64,000 nucleotides of DNA from Candidatus Melainabacteria bacterium 17Bon1m (lineage in GTDB: Bacteria; Cyanobacteriota; Vampirovibrionia; Obscuribacterales; Obscuribacteraceae): NCBI GenBank assembly GCA_032128875.1, contig JAVLKG010000004.1, positions 64,001-128,000 of the forward strand. Direction: 5' to 3'. The position numbers and the translations under genes were made by a program. Positions 18,601 through 28,225 of the stretch are shown here, piece after piece; positions within the stretch are counted from its first letter, which is position 1, and every line of letters begins with the position of its first letter. Under the pieces are notes generated by a model, which had not been told where the DNA came from, did not search any database, and worked only from the letters and a program-made list of their open reading frames with translations.

Positions 18601-18818
18601 ATGCCTTTTCCAAATACCGTTCCGTATCGCTCTAAGCCGCTCATCTCCTCTGTCTGTACGCTGGAAGCGTCCTGAGGAATGGCTCCCTGGAGCATCTGTC
18701 CTGACAAGCTCAATCTCTCACGAGCTTGTTCGGCGACCTGCTTTTCCTGATTTGCCACACCCGCCAAGTCGTCGGTGGCATTGACCAGCATCTGATCGCC
18801 TAACGTGTTCCCGCCCAT
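15663..18818 (-). CDS. Large hypothetical protein with gluzincin-like metallopeptidase motifs
   Basis: 1051-aa ORF; GHEIGHD (HExxH), downstream ENTSD and VHAIDALR; Gly/Ala-rich hydrophobic helices near the N-terminus. Confidence 0.7.
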   Translation of the reverse strand: MGGNTLGDQMLVNATDDLAGVANQEKQVAEQARERLSLSGQMLQGAIPQDASSVQTEEMSGLERYGTVFGKGILRTPEGVANTFGHYWNNPSEAAGKALFAGSIGVAMRTFLPKTGAGRAAVATIMGGMFVVDGIKAFAQGGSEASAARNRQELNQAATNFGNHMGMFAFDAAAGGYIGIKAERLTGKIIENPIGSAKTVGGWADSVVGRFGKTAPAAETGEAATAANTYANRMGAWVEGKELAPKFAAWDKKVEHFWTSDESKVGNLLNRTTEKIDTWSAKFKPKEEPTLKNPLANIPAEQAKALMEQAQRQHIEAVDSHMVYRHGLKGQDGEYHGFDRTLALLKKGINPEQINAKDPIPNVPDLVNVKLDAALEGMRRTREEVMGINDHMTKIADEHGTGQQFKKQEGTTAVEPHEQPGTKPYDKSAQQSAADGEINVANLQEMAKVTADERAAITAEDTAVIAYKQQMEGQVYTAVVPNAERTPLGPEHRPAANTMFALGKEVNTTKDVAQVDDLFRFFADAATQSQAGGLGPNQALAKQLNLVGDEFFTFLVASMKEAGIKDPFTILQGKTPPLFAVSSDLVRTPDGKTVNAGPYTMRRIITEDPKTGEKVTVWGPDLVKYPINMTGERATSIGVYGHEIGHDWNGLIAKFLDKSGEGGVLTKAVEKALGPKYNEVATIISPEGTPKELLVNGEKWTNGRLIESYLRATRDENTSDIIGTAWTGINMPVALARLLMGGRRNGGLMENSNVFSPKKMATPDNPMGFEVHAIDALRMVIGAKTMEYLGKGDPIIEAQAKSLLRLSREGSTKGDYELYNLDKPGQKVVIDRDTMDNVVSELITAQMETPLTVLEGKTFSNILPPLKANYAKMEGLGEAMAKAIADGKKVTDLVGDPKQFTQDYTITQVFGSGLPAELKLIKGGMEPKKAHQVVTEFSDHMRQLYLETGDPHVQHLVGANGPVELLPSLKARASALTSSFQQGAINLVGRQNEMRWWANRNSTPIVAGTATAMLPDGDMNLSQRLKNRMQSAELLAAEQQRQAILQQQQQR

Positions 18819-19206
18819 TCAGACCTCCAGCGTTTCCGATGTAACCCAGTGTTACGAGAGATTTAAGACGCGCAAAACCGAGTCACCCGGGAGTGCTTCC
18901 CGGGAAAGAGAGGAGGTTTTACTTCGAATTTCCTGGGGGTGAACCAGTGGAAATCGGTCTTAATCCTGCAGCTGCCTCTCTCTTCCAGCTACTTGAGGCA
19001 GCAGCGATTCACTCCTTAAGACTATCTCACCACCTACCGCGGTGTATATTCGGGAAATTACGGTGGCTTGCGTAAGAATCCCACCCCGACATTAAAATCG
19101 TCGTCTGTCATAATTGTGAGCCGTGGCCAGAGGCCATTTTAGATATAGGCGGAATTAGGCGCAGTTGCCGGTTTTAGCCTTTCACAACTGATTTAGAGGC
19201 GACAAC

Positions 19207-20241
19207 GTGGAGAAAAAACCTCAAGGTTCTGTCCCATCAACTTCAAGTTCATTGAAAGGAAAAATTTCCAAAGACGAACTGAAGGACAAGATAAGAGGAG
19301 TGATTCTGGCTGCAGCTTGCGGCAATTCGCTGGGCGGCAGTGCTATCGGGTTAAGCCATAAAGAGATATTGGCGACTGCAGGCTCAAGCCTCAGAGATTT
19401 CGTTCCGGGACTGACTCGCAGTGTTTTGCCGGACCACAAAGCCGGCGAGTGGTTGCCCGAGACTTATCTGGCGGTCAACCTTGCAGAATCCGTCATCAGC
19501 TCGGACGGCAAATTCAACCGTGCCGACTTGAAAGAAAGATTTGTGGCTTTGCTTTCAGATCAAAGTTTCCTTGGTTCAGGGCCAAGCGCACAATTGCTAA
19601 AAGGATTGCGGCGCATGGCTGACGGGGTGGCGCCCCCGGACAAGAGCGCCGGCGCGCTGCACGTCTCTGCCGCATCACGAGCGTTTCCTCTAGCCTGTTT
19701 GCCCGATACGGACGAAGGCTCCCGAGCCGCCGATATGGCTGTAGAGCAGGCTCAGCTCACTCACCTCGACAAAAGAGTTTATGCGGCGGCTGCCGTTTTA
19801 GCTGACAGCGTCGGGTTTTTCTTGCGCGGCAATAAGCTCGATGAAGAAGAACAAGTGCGCGAGTACGTGAAGCGCCAGCATGCGATTGCCGAACGCATCG
19901 ATCCTCGCTTTGCCGAAGCCTGGGACGACGTGGCACCGGATCTCGACTATATGAATCCGGCCGCTCAATTACCTTATTCACTTTTGAATATTGGTCATGA
20001 AGTAAATGAATTGGTACCGACAGCAGTCGGCATATTCCTTATCTTCAGACATAACTTAGAAGAAGCTATCTGTCATGCGGCAGTAGCAGGCGGTGAAACC
20101 GATACGTTGGGCATCATCGTCGGCGCACTGGCGGGCGGTTATCATGGCGCCTCTCAAATTCCGGAGCGCTGGCTTAGCAAGCTGGCACACCGCGAAAAAT
20201 TGGAAGAGATTGCCGAACAACTGTTCGATATGTGGCCTTAG
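19207..20241 (+). CDS. ADP-ribosylglycohydrolase (DraG/ARH) family protein with divergent active site
   Basis: RGVILAAACGNSLG, LTH, GGETDTLG..VGALAGGYHGASQIPERWL. Confidence 0.85.
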   Translation: MEKKPQGSVPSTSSSLKGKISKDELKDKIRGVILAAACGNSLGGSAIGLSHKEILATAGSSLRDFVPGLTRSVLPDHKAGEWLPETYLAVNLAESVISSDGKFNRADLKERFVALLSDQSFLGSGPSAQLLKGLRRMADGVAPPDKSAGALHVSAASRAFPLACLPDTDEGSRAADMAVEQAQLTHLDKRVYAAAAVLADSVGFFLRGNKLDEEEQVREYVKRQHAIAERIDPRFAEAWDDVAPDLDYMNPAAQLPYSLLNIGHEVNELVPTAVGIFLIFRHNLEEAICHAAVAGGETDTLGIIVGALAGGYHGASQIPERWLSKLAHREKLEEIAEQLFDMWP

Positions 20242-20280
20242 CAATTAGTTTTTGTATTTATAGAAATGGAGGAGTGTTAG

Positions 20281-21057
20281 ATGACCGCTTCAGTGTCTCC
20301 TGAAAAGGAAGGACTCAAAAATATCCTTGCCGATAGAGTGGCTTTGGTAACCGGATCCGGGCGCGGTATCGGAAAGGCGATTGCAACAGTCTTAGCGCAG
20401 CACGGAGCCAAGATTGTCATCAGCGATATCAACGTCGAAACCTCTGATGCGACCGCAGAAGAGATGGTGAAAGCAGGTTTTCAGGCAGTAAGCTGCCCGG
20501 CCAATGTCACCAATACCGAAAGCATCGACAAGATGGTCGAATCGGCGATGGAGAAATTCGGACAGATTGACATTCTGGTCAATAACGCCGGTATCACGCG
20601 CGACAATCTTTTATTGAAGATGAGCGAAGAGCATTGGCAAGCGGTAATCGATACCAACCTGACTTCTGCCTTCAAGGTCACCCAGCCAATTGTCAAAATC
20701 ATGTCCAAACAACGCTACGGGCGCATTATCAACATTGCCTCGACAACCGGCGTGCACGGCAATTTCGGTCAGTGCAATTACGCTGCGGCTAAAGCCGGCT
20801 TGATTGGATTTACAAAGACCGTTGCGCTTGAATACGCTAAACGCAACATCACCTGCAACGCTGTTGCACCAGGCTTCATCGACACCGATATGACCAAGGC
20901 GTTGGGTGAAAAAATCATAAACTCGTTCGTTGAAAAAATCCCTGCAGGGCGCATGGGAACGCCGGATGACATTGCTCGTGCGGTGCTTTTCTTTGCCGGA
21001 CTCGGTGATTATGTGACCGGTACGGTTATGGAAGTCAACGGCGGTTTGTATACGTAA
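20281..21057 (+). CDS. fabG: 3-oxoacyl-ACP reductase
   Basis: TGSGRGIG, NNAGITRD, NYAAAK, APGFIDTDMT; adjacent to acpP and fabF. Confidence 0.95.
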   Translation: MTASVSPEKEGLKNILADRVALVTGSGRGIGKAIATVLAQHGAKIVISDINVETSDATAEEMVKAGFQAVSCPANVTNTESIDKMVESAMEKFGQIDILVNNAGITRDNLLLKMSEEHWQAVIDTNLTSAFKVTQPIVKIMSKQRYGRIINIASTTGVHGNFGQCNYAAAKAGLIGFTKTVALEYAKRNITCNAVAPGFIDTDMTKALGEKIINSFVEKIPAGRMGTPDDIARAVLFFAGLGDYVTGTVMEVNGGLYT

Positions 21058-21278
21058 AGTGCCAGAGGCAGTGCCTTCAAGGGCAGTGTCAGGGCACCGG
21101 TTTTTATTGAATTAGTTTGTGTTTACAACGCAGGTTTGACACGTAAACGAATCTATAAAACCGAGACCACCGGAAAGCCGACATGCTATCCTAGGTCGCC
21201 TTGGCACACAACCTTTGGGTTGAATTGCCGCTCAGTGTCGTGTGCGTTTCTAATTGTTTTAAGGGGGTTGTAGTACAC

Positions 21279-21518
21279 ATGGAAGAGAAGGAAGCCTTCG
21301 AACGAGTCAAGAAGGTTGCTGTGGCTCAGCTTAACGTCAATGCCGACGAAGTGACCATGGAAGCGAGCTTCACGAAGGACCTCGGTGCAGATTCCCTCGA
21401 TACCGTCGAGCTGGTTATGGCTCTTGAAGAAGAGTTCGGTATGGAAATTCCGGACGAAGATGCCGAAAAAATCACCACCGTTGGCGAAGCAGTTAAGTAC
21501 ATCGCTCAACACGTGTAA
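21279..21518 (+). CDS. acpP: Acyl carrier protein
   Basis: [23 protein letters not shown] at 21279. Confidence 0.97.
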   Translation: MEEKEAFERVKKVAVAQLNVNADEVTMEASFTKDLGADSLDTVELVMALEEEFGMEIPDEDAEKITTVGEAVKYIAQHV

Positions 21519-21654
21519 TCACGGTTTGACGTAGACTTAGAAGTAGTCGATTCGGCACCGGATTTGATGGCGCAGGCAGGGACATTGTTCTGAGCCGTGC
21601 TCAGCCCGTTGCCGATTTTGACAACTATGTATCAGGTGTGGTGGCATAATCAGG

Positions 21655-22911
21655 ATGACTAAAGAGCGAGTTGTAATTACAGGCATAGGCGTCATAAGTG
21701 CAGTAGGCAGCGGTAAAGATGCCTTCTGGGACGGAATTGTCAATGGACGCTCCGGAGTCAAGAAAGTAACTAAGGTCCCGGAGAATCTCCAGGGTCCATG
21801 CAAAATCGCCGCCGAAATTACTGATTTCGATGTGACGAAGTACATGGATGTGAAGCAAGCGCGTCGCGCCGACCGTTTCATCCAGTACGCAGTTGCTGCT
21901 TCGAAATTGGCAGTTGAAGATGCCAAGCTGGATATGACGAAAGAAAACCCTGAAAGAGTGGGTGTCGCAGTCGGTTCGGCAGCAGGTGGTTTGCAGTCTC
22001 AAGAAGATCAGATTCGTACCCTCTATGAAAGAGGTCCGGATCGTGTTTCGCCATTTACAGTCCCGCTCTTTATCGTCAATATGCCGGCGGGCTGGGTCTC
22101 CATTGTGCATGGAGCCAAAGGTCCAAATGTTTGCAACGTAACTGCCTGTGCAACCTCGTCGCACACTCTGGGCGATGCTTTCCGCATTATTGAACGCGGC
22201 GAAGCCGATGTTATGTTTGCCGGTGGCACAGAGGCACCCATCACACCACTTTCAATGGCAGGATTTGCCGCTGCGCGAACACTCTCAACTCGCAATGACG
22301 AGCCGGAGAAAGCCTCCAGACCGTTCGACAAAGGTCGCAACGGATTTGTAATGGGCGAAGGCGCGGCAATACTCATTTTGGAAAGCCTCAGCCACGCTAA
22401 GGCTCGCGGCGCTCATATCTACGCAGAGATTGCCGGATACGGTCTTACAGCCGATGCTCACGATATCGTGCAACCATGCGGCGATGGCGACGGCGCCATG
22501 CGCGCGATGAAAATGGCGCTTGCACAGGCAAATGTTAAGCCGGAAGAGGTTAATTACATCAATGCTCACGGTACTTCCACACCGTTGGGCGACAAAGCCG
22601 AGACCACGGCCGTCAAGCGTGTTTTTGGCGAACATGCCACCAAGGGTGGTGTGGTAATTTCGTCCAGCAAATCAATGACTGGTCACTTGCTTGGCGCTGC
22701 TGGAGCCATTGAAGCGGCAGTTTGCTGTTTGGCTATCGAGCACGAAACCATTCCGCCGACGATCAATCTCGACACACCTGATCCGGACTGCGATCTGGAT
22801 TATTGCCCGAATGTCGCGCGTAAGAATTCACCAATAAAAGTCGCATTGTCCAATAGTTTCGGCTTTGGCGGTCATAACGCAAGCCTTCTTTTCAAGAAGG
22901 TTACGGGTTAA
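21655..22911 (+). CDS. fabF: Beta-ketoacyl-ACP synthase II
   Basis: TACAT, NAHGTST, GHLLGAAG, SNSFGFGGHN. Confidence 0.97.
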   Translation: MTKERVVITGIGVISAVGSGKDAFWDGIVNGRSGVKKVTKVPENLQGPCKIAAEITDFDVTKYMDVKQARRADRFIQYAVAASKLAVEDAKLDMTKENPERVGVAVGSAAGGLQSQEDQIRTLYERGPDRVSPFTVPLFIVNMPAGWVSIVHGAKGPNVCNVTACATSSHTLGDAFRIIERGEADVMFAGGTEAPITPLSMAGFAAARTLSTRNDEPEKASRPFDKGRNGFVMGEGAAILILESLSHAKARGAHIYAEIAGYGLTADAHDIVQPCGDGDGAMRAMKMALAQANVKPEEVNYINAHGTSTPLGDKAETTAVKRVFGEHATKGGVVISSSKSMTGHLLGAAGAIEAAVCCLAIEHETIPPTINLDTPDPDCDLDYCPNVARKNSPIKVALSNSFGFGGHNASLLFKKVTG

Positions 22912-22964
22912 AATCTAAAGCCTTGCCCTGGGCATTTTCGCTGGGCAATTTGGAGCAGTAGTTA

Positions 22965-24476
22965 ATGACTGAGCTTGTCGGGCGTTCGATAAGTGAATTG
23001 AAAAAGCTGTTGGCGGAAAAGTCAGTCTCCGCCAAAGAAATCTTGGCTGCGCACTTGAAGCAAGTTCAAGCGCATGACTCTGAGATTAAGGCATTCACAT
23101 GCTTGACTGAAGAACGCGCCCAAAAACAAGCCGCACGAGTTGATGAACTAGTCGCTCGTGGAGAGGCTCTTCCTGCTCTTGCCGGAATTCCGGTGGCTAT
23201 AAAAGACAATATTTGCGTTGCCGACTATCCAACCACTTGCTCGAGCAAGATTTTGGAGAGCTTCATCGCACCTTATGAAGCGACTGTCGCGCAAAAGCTG
23301 GATGCCGCCGGTGCGCTTTTCATTGGCAAGACGAACATGGATGAATTCGCCATGGGCTCGTCGACCGAGAATTCCGCGTTTAAGAAAACCGCCAACCCCT
23401 GGGATGTTTCCCGCGTGCCTGGCGGCAGCTCAGGCGGCTCCACTGCTGCTGTTGCAGCCGGTATGGCTGTTGTTGCTCTTGGTTCGGACACAGGTGGTTC
23501 GATACGCCAGCCTGCTGCTTTCTGCGGCGTGAGCGGCATGAAGCCCACTTATGGAATGGTTTCGCGTTTTGGACTGGTTGCCTTTGCTTCGTCTCTGGAT
23601 CAAATCGGACCGCTGGCAAGAAGCGTCGAAGACACAGCCATCGCACTTTCGGTTATCTCAGGTCACGACAAGAATGACTCGACATCGATTCCTGATCCAT
23701 TTAAAAATCAGGGTCCTCGTTTTGAAGAATCGCTTGCGCAGGCTCCGGATAAGCTCATGAAAGGGCTGAGAGTCGGAGTGATTACAGAACTCGTCGCAGA
23801 AGGAATAGAGCCGGAGATTGTCAGTTCTATTCGGCAAGCTGCTGCTGTATTTGAAAAACTGGGAGCGAAAGTCACTGATGTTTCTCTGCCCAATTCAAGA
23901 TTTGCTCTGCCCGTCTATTACTTGATTGCCACCGCCGAAGCGTCTGCCAACCTGGCCCGTTACGATGGTGTCAAATACGGTTTGCGCGAAACAGAAGGCG
24001 CAGCCAAAGATTCTATTTTGCAGATGTATAAATCGACGCGCTCGAAAGGTTTCGGCGCGGAAGTAAAACGCCGCATCATGCTCGGCACCTATGCGTTGAG
24101 CTCCGGTTACTACGACGCATATTATAAGAAAGCACAACAAGTCAGACGATTGATCAAAAACGATTTTGACAATGTCTTCGAGAGTTGCGACGTTCTAATT
24201 TCTCCGACATCACCTACGGTGGCGTTCAAAATTGGAGAAAAAACTGACGATCCCTTGAGCATGTACTTGTCGGATATTGCAACAATCCCGGCAAACCTTG
24301 CGGGGCTGCCAGGTATCTCAATTCCAGCCGGACTTGGCAAAGACAAACTGCCGATCGGCTTGCAGATTTTAGGAAACACTTTGAGCGATGAGGTCGTCCT
24401 TAAGGTCGCTCATGCTTTCCAGCAATCCACAGACTTCCACAACCGTCAGTTTCCGGGACTAGCTACAGTCGGCTAG
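22965..24476 (+). CDS. gatA: Asp/Glu-tRNA amidotransferase subunit A
   Basis: [58 protein letters not shown]. Confidence 0.98.
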   Translation: MTELVGRSISELKKLLAEKSVSAKEILAAHLKQVQAHDSEIKAFTCLTEERAQKQAARVDELVARGEALPALAGIPVAIKDNICVADYPTTCSSKILESFIAPYEATVAQKLDAAGALFIGKTNMDEFAMGSSTENSAFKKTANPWDVSRVPGGSSGGSTAAVAAGMAVVALGSDTGGSIRQPAAFCGVSGMKPTYGMVSRFGLVAFASSLDQIGPLARSVEDTAIALSVISGHDKNDSTSIPDPFKNQGPRFEESLAQAPDKLMKGLRVGVITELVAEGIEPEIVSSIRQAAAVFEKLGAKVTDVSLPNSRFALPVYYLIATAEASANLARYDGVKYGLRETEGAAKDSILQMYKSTRSKGFGAEVKRRIMLGTYALSSGYYDAYYKKAQQVRRLIKNDFDNVFESCDVLISPTSPTVAFKIGEKTDDPLSMYLSDIATIPANLAGLPGISIPAGLGKDKLPIGLQILGNTLSDEVVLKVAHAFQQSTDFHNRQFPGLATVG

Positions 24477-24504
24477 GCAGAGACTTTTTGAAGGAGTAAT
24501 CGAG

Positions 24505-24984
24505 ATGCATTCGACCAATTGCAGTCAATATCAGACGAGTCAGACAAAGAGAAATCGCATTTTCTTTTCTTTACTGACGGCTGTGATGGCTGCAGGTGGG
24601 CAGCCGGTTATCGCAGGTCCCAACGACTTCTTCGGCTCGGCAATGCCGGCAGGACAGTTGGCGGATCCGAATGCCAATCAGTTCACTACTCCTGGTCAAG
24701 CCAAAGCAAGTGACATGCTCAATCAGTCCAATCCAGGTGATTATACCGACGACGAAAAGCGCATGCAAAAGAAGTATAAAGCCAGCCTCAGCCACGCCAG
24801 AGGTCTGATCGCAAAGGGCGAGCGAATGATGAAGTCGGTCGATCAGAAAGAATCGAAGAAAGGCAAAATCCTCAAAGAAATAGGCGAAAAGCGCCTTGCA
24901 GAATTGGAAGCCAATAATCCGAATCCCAGCCGCATCAAAGATACCGGCGATAAATTCAACGAGAAAAAGGCGGTTGCAGAATGA
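24505..24984 (+). CDS. Hypothetical protein, possibly exported
   Basis: AAGGAG RBS, hydrophobic segment near the N-terminus, ATGA overlap with cysK. Confidence 0.7.
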   Translation: MHSTNCSQYQTSQTKRNRIFFSLLTAVMAAGGQPVIAGPNDFFGSAMPAGQLADPNANQFTTPGQAKASDMLNQSNPGDYTDDEKRMQKKYKASLSHARGLIAKGERMMKSVDQKESKKGKILKEIGEKRLAELEANNPNPSRIKDTGDKFNEKKAVAE

Positions 24985-25955
24985 CAGCTACTAGAACAGA
25001 ACAGATTGCTTCGGACATCACCCGCATAGTCGGGCACACTCCGATGGTGAGGCTCAACAAGCTCACCAAGGGACTTGGCGCCGAAGTGGTTGTGAAGCTG
25101 GAATCATTAAATCCGCTGGGCTCCGTAAAAGACCGTATCGGTGTCTCCATGGTTAACGAAGCCGAAAAGGCAGGGGTTATCTCACCCGGAAGCACCACTC
25201 TTATCGAGCCGACCTCCGGCAACACCGGTATTGCTCTGGCATTCGTGGCTGCTGCGCGCGGCTACAAATTGATTTTGACGATGCCTGACACTATGTCTCT
25301 CGAGCGCCGCAAGCTGCTAGCTGCCCTCGGTGCAGAGCTGGTTCTTACGCCTGGCGCAGAAGGTATGAAAGGGGCAATTGCAAAAGCAGACGAGCTGGTT
25401 GGAACAACCAAGAATGCGTATATGCTTCAGCAGTTTCAAAACCCTGCCAATCCGAAAGTACATCGCGAAACAACCGCAGAAGAAATCTGGCAAGCTACCG
25501 ATGGCAACTTGGACATTTTTGTTTCCGCAGTAGGAACAGGCGGCACCATCACTGGTGTCGGTCAAGTCCTCAAAGAGCGTAAGCCAAGCATCAAGGTTGT
25601 CGCTGTTGAACCTTCAGATAGTCCAGTTATCACCCAGACTTTGGCTGGTCAGCCGTTAAAGCCGGGACCGCACAAAATTCAGGGAATCGGTGCTGGATTT
25701 ATTCCTCAAATTTTGGATGTCAGTGTTATCGACGAAGTCTTCCGCGTCACCAACGAGCAAGCGCTCGAATACGGTCGTAAGCTTTCCAGTGAAGAAGGAA
25801 TTCTTGCCGGTATCAGCAGCGGTGCCAACGTTTTTGCTGCTCTTGAAATTGCATCTCGACCAGAGAACAAAGGCAAGCGCATTGTCACAGTGATTTGCAG
25901 CACCGGTGAGCGTTATCTGTCCACCTTGCTGTTCGCCGACATCCTCGGCAACTAA
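24981..25955 (+). CDS. cysK: Cysteine synthase A
   Basis: [36 protein letters not shown]. Confidence 0.97.
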   Translation: MTATRTEQIASDITRIVGHTPMVRLNKLTKGLGAEVVVKLESLNPLGSVKDRIGVSMVNEAEKAGVISPGSTTLIEPTSGNTGIALAFVAAARGYKLILTMPDTMSLERRKLLAALGAELVLTPGAEGMKGAIAKADELVGTTKNAYMLQQFQNPANPKVHRETTAEEIWQATDGNLDIFVSAVGTGGTITGVGQVLKERKPSIKVVAVEPSDSPVITQTLAGQPLKPGPHKIQGIGAGFIPQILDVSVIDEVFRVTNEQALEYGRKLSSEEGILAGISSGANVFAALEIASRPENKGKRIVTVICSTGERYLSTLLFADILGN

Positions 25956-25956
25956 C

Positions 25957-26032
25957 GTACGGTCGACGCACGGCGTCGACCCTTTTATGATGCGCATTGA
26001 CCGGTTCTTGTGGGGGCGCGTTGCACGCGCCC
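25957..26032 (+). repeat. Two REP-like palindromes
   Basis: GTACGGTCGACGCACGGCGTCGACCC (25957-25982) and GTGGGGGCGCGTTGCACGCGCCC (26010-26032, identical to the left flank of the RAYT). Confidence 0.85.
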
Positions 26033-26067
26033 ATTTCTCTGTTATGCCTCTTGGCCTCAAACTAGCC

Positions 26068-28209
26068 TTATTTCGCTAATAAATCCGGATCTTCGGCAAG
26101 AACGCGTTCGGTAAATTTCTTCAGTCTGCTGAAGGAATAGATCAGCGATTCGATTGTTTCCTTAGCTTCGATCCAGTTGTTCTTGCGAGCAAACACGGAA
26201 AGTTTGTCCGAAAGCGTAACCATCTCCTGTGCACCGACTGCTTGTGACGAGCCTCTCAACTGGTGCGACAGTGCAGATAGCGCGACCGCGTCGCGTGATT
26301 CCCGTGCCTCTCGAAGTCCATCGAGGAGAGTTTCGGCAGCAGATAAATAAACAAGGATGATGTCGTGTGCAACGTCCACTCCACAGCTTCTCTTCAATTG
26401 CTCGAAATCTACCGGGTCGCGCAATGGAGTTGCAGCCACGACTGAAGCATCTGGCTTCAAAATGGTCTGCGTAATCCGTGGAGATTTTTCCTGATGTTCG
26501 CCCTTGAGAAAGCGGTCTATGACTTCCATCAATTTGTTTGGCGCGACTGGTTTGATGAGCACCTCATCCATCCCCGAATTCATGCATTTTGCGCGACCTT
26601 CGGCATCAGCGCTGCCGGTCAGCGCAATGACTGGGATATGCTTTCCAGTGCCTTCTTCCAGTTTTCTTATCGCCTTTGTCGCTTGGAACCCATCCATTTC
26701 AGGCATCTGGCAGTCCATGAGCACAAGAGAGTACTCGCCAGTTCTAACTTGCTCAATCGCCTCTTCCCCGCTCGACACAGCGCGCGCCATTAGCCCAAGG
26801 CTCTTCAATTGAAGAAGCGCGACCTTTTGGTTGACCGGGCTATCATCGGCGACAAGAATAACTTTGTCGGCATGAGCAAGTTTTGGTATCTGGACAGTCA
26901 GTCTGCGGTCGAGCTTCGGAGACAGTGATTTGACGAGGATGTGTTCGAGTGTGTTGTACAGACTCCAGTATTTAACAGGTTTGGCAAGCAGTGCGGCAAA
27001 ACCTTCAGCCACCATATGCGATTCCACGTCCTCGTTGTAGTTTGAGGTCAGCAGCAGAATTCTGACTTTTGGTGACAGCAGATTTCGTTGTTCAGCTTCA
27101 ATGAAAAGTCTGTGCGCATCGATAGAATCGCCATCAATGATTACAGCTCCTGCTTTCTTTTGCTGTTCGATCGTTTGCAAAACCGCAAGAGCAGATTCTG
27201 TGGAGTCGGTCGTTATTACTCGCATGCCCCAGGCACCGGCGTAGCTTTCGAGCACGCGCGCGAGTTGTGGAAATGCCGAAATGATCAAGCAAACTCTGCC
27301 TGACAATTCTCTTGTCGCCGTGCCGTTAAGCCCGCCACCTACAGCTTTTAGAGGGATGTCGAACCAAAAGTTGGAGCCACGTCCCTTGGTGCTTTCAACG
27401 GCAAGTTTGCCTCCCATGAGGGTAACCAATCCTCGCGATATTGTCAGTCCAAGACCGGTACCGCCGAATTCACGTTTTACTGAAAGGCTTGCTTGAGTAA
27501 ATGGTTCGAAGAGGCGCTCCAGGTTGCCGCTCTCGATTCCCATGCCTGTGTCCATCACGGAGAAGCGGACAATGACGTTGTCTGCGCCCAATGACTCGAG
27601 TAAATCGGCCTGCATAAGAACGCTGCCGGTTTGTGTAAATTTGACTGCATTGCTGGCAAGGTTGAGAAGGACTTGGCGGATAGAACCTGGATCTCCCTTC
27701 AAGACGGAAGGCAACTTTGGAGACACAAAGGAGATCAGTTCGATTCCTTTCTGGCGAGCCTGTTCTGCAAGCAAATCAGCGATTGCTTCGACGCTGGCAA
27801 TCAGTTCAAAATCGATAATTTCAAGCTCGGCTTTGCCTGACTCGATACGGGAAAAATCCAAAAAGTCGTTGATCAACTCCAGAAGCGAACGCGCCGACTC
27901 GCTGATTACTAGGGCTTGATCGCGCTGTTCGCCATTAAGTGCGGTCTTTAGAAGCAAGTCTGTCATGCCCAGAATGCCATTCAAAGGAGTGCGCAACTCG
28001 TGCGTGAGTTTGGCTATGAATTGCGATTTTTCGCTATTGGCGTGCTGGCCTGTTATTTCAAGCTTTTTCTCGACGTCCCTCAGCTGATCTTGTGTGGAGG
28101 ACGCTTGCTTTTCGTACTGCTTGTTTTTGAGTTTTTCGACCGCCAGCTCAGTTTCCAGCGCTTTGATGCGTTGTCTCAGATCACTGAATTCATCTTCTGA
28201 ATTTTGCAT
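26068..28209 (-). CDS. Cytoplasmic hybrid histidine kinase (HisKA-HATPase-REC-REC-Hpt)
   Basis: [52 protein letters not shown]. Confidence 0.93.
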   Translation of the reverse strand: MQNSEDEFSDLRQRIKALETELAVEKLKNKQYEKQASSTQDQLRDVEKKLEITGQHANSEKSQFIAKLTHELRTPLNGILGMTDLLLKTALNGEQRDQALVISESARSLLELINDFLDFSRIESGKAELEIIDFELIASVEAIADLLAEQARQKGIELISFVSPKLPSVLKGDPGSIRQVLLNLASNAVKFTQTGSVLMQADLLESLGADNVIVRFSVMDTGMGIESGNLERLFEPFTQASLSVKREFGGTGLGLTISRGLVTLMGGKLAVESTKGRGSNFWFDIPLKAVGGGLNGTATRELSGRVCLIISAFPQLARVLESYAGAWGMRVITTDSTESALAVLQTIEQQKKAGAVIIDGDSIDAHRLFIEAEQRNLLSPKVRILLLTSNYNEDVESHMVAEGFAALLAKPVKYWSLYNTLEHILVKSLSPKLDRRLTVQIPKLAHADKVILVADDSPVNQKVALLQLKSLGLMARAVSSGEEAIEQVRTGEYSLVLMDCQMPEMDGFQATKAIRKLEEGTGKHIPVIALTGSADAEGRAKCMNSGMDEVLIKPVAPNKLMEVIDRFLKGEHQEKSPRITQTILKPDASVVAATPLRDPVDFEQLKRSCGVDVAHDIILVYLSAAETLLDGLREARESRDAVALSALSHQLRGSSQAVGAQEMVTLSDKLSVFARKNNWIEAKETIESLIYSFSRLKKFTERVLAEDPDLLAK

Positions 28210-28225
28210 GGCGTGTAATCATCAA

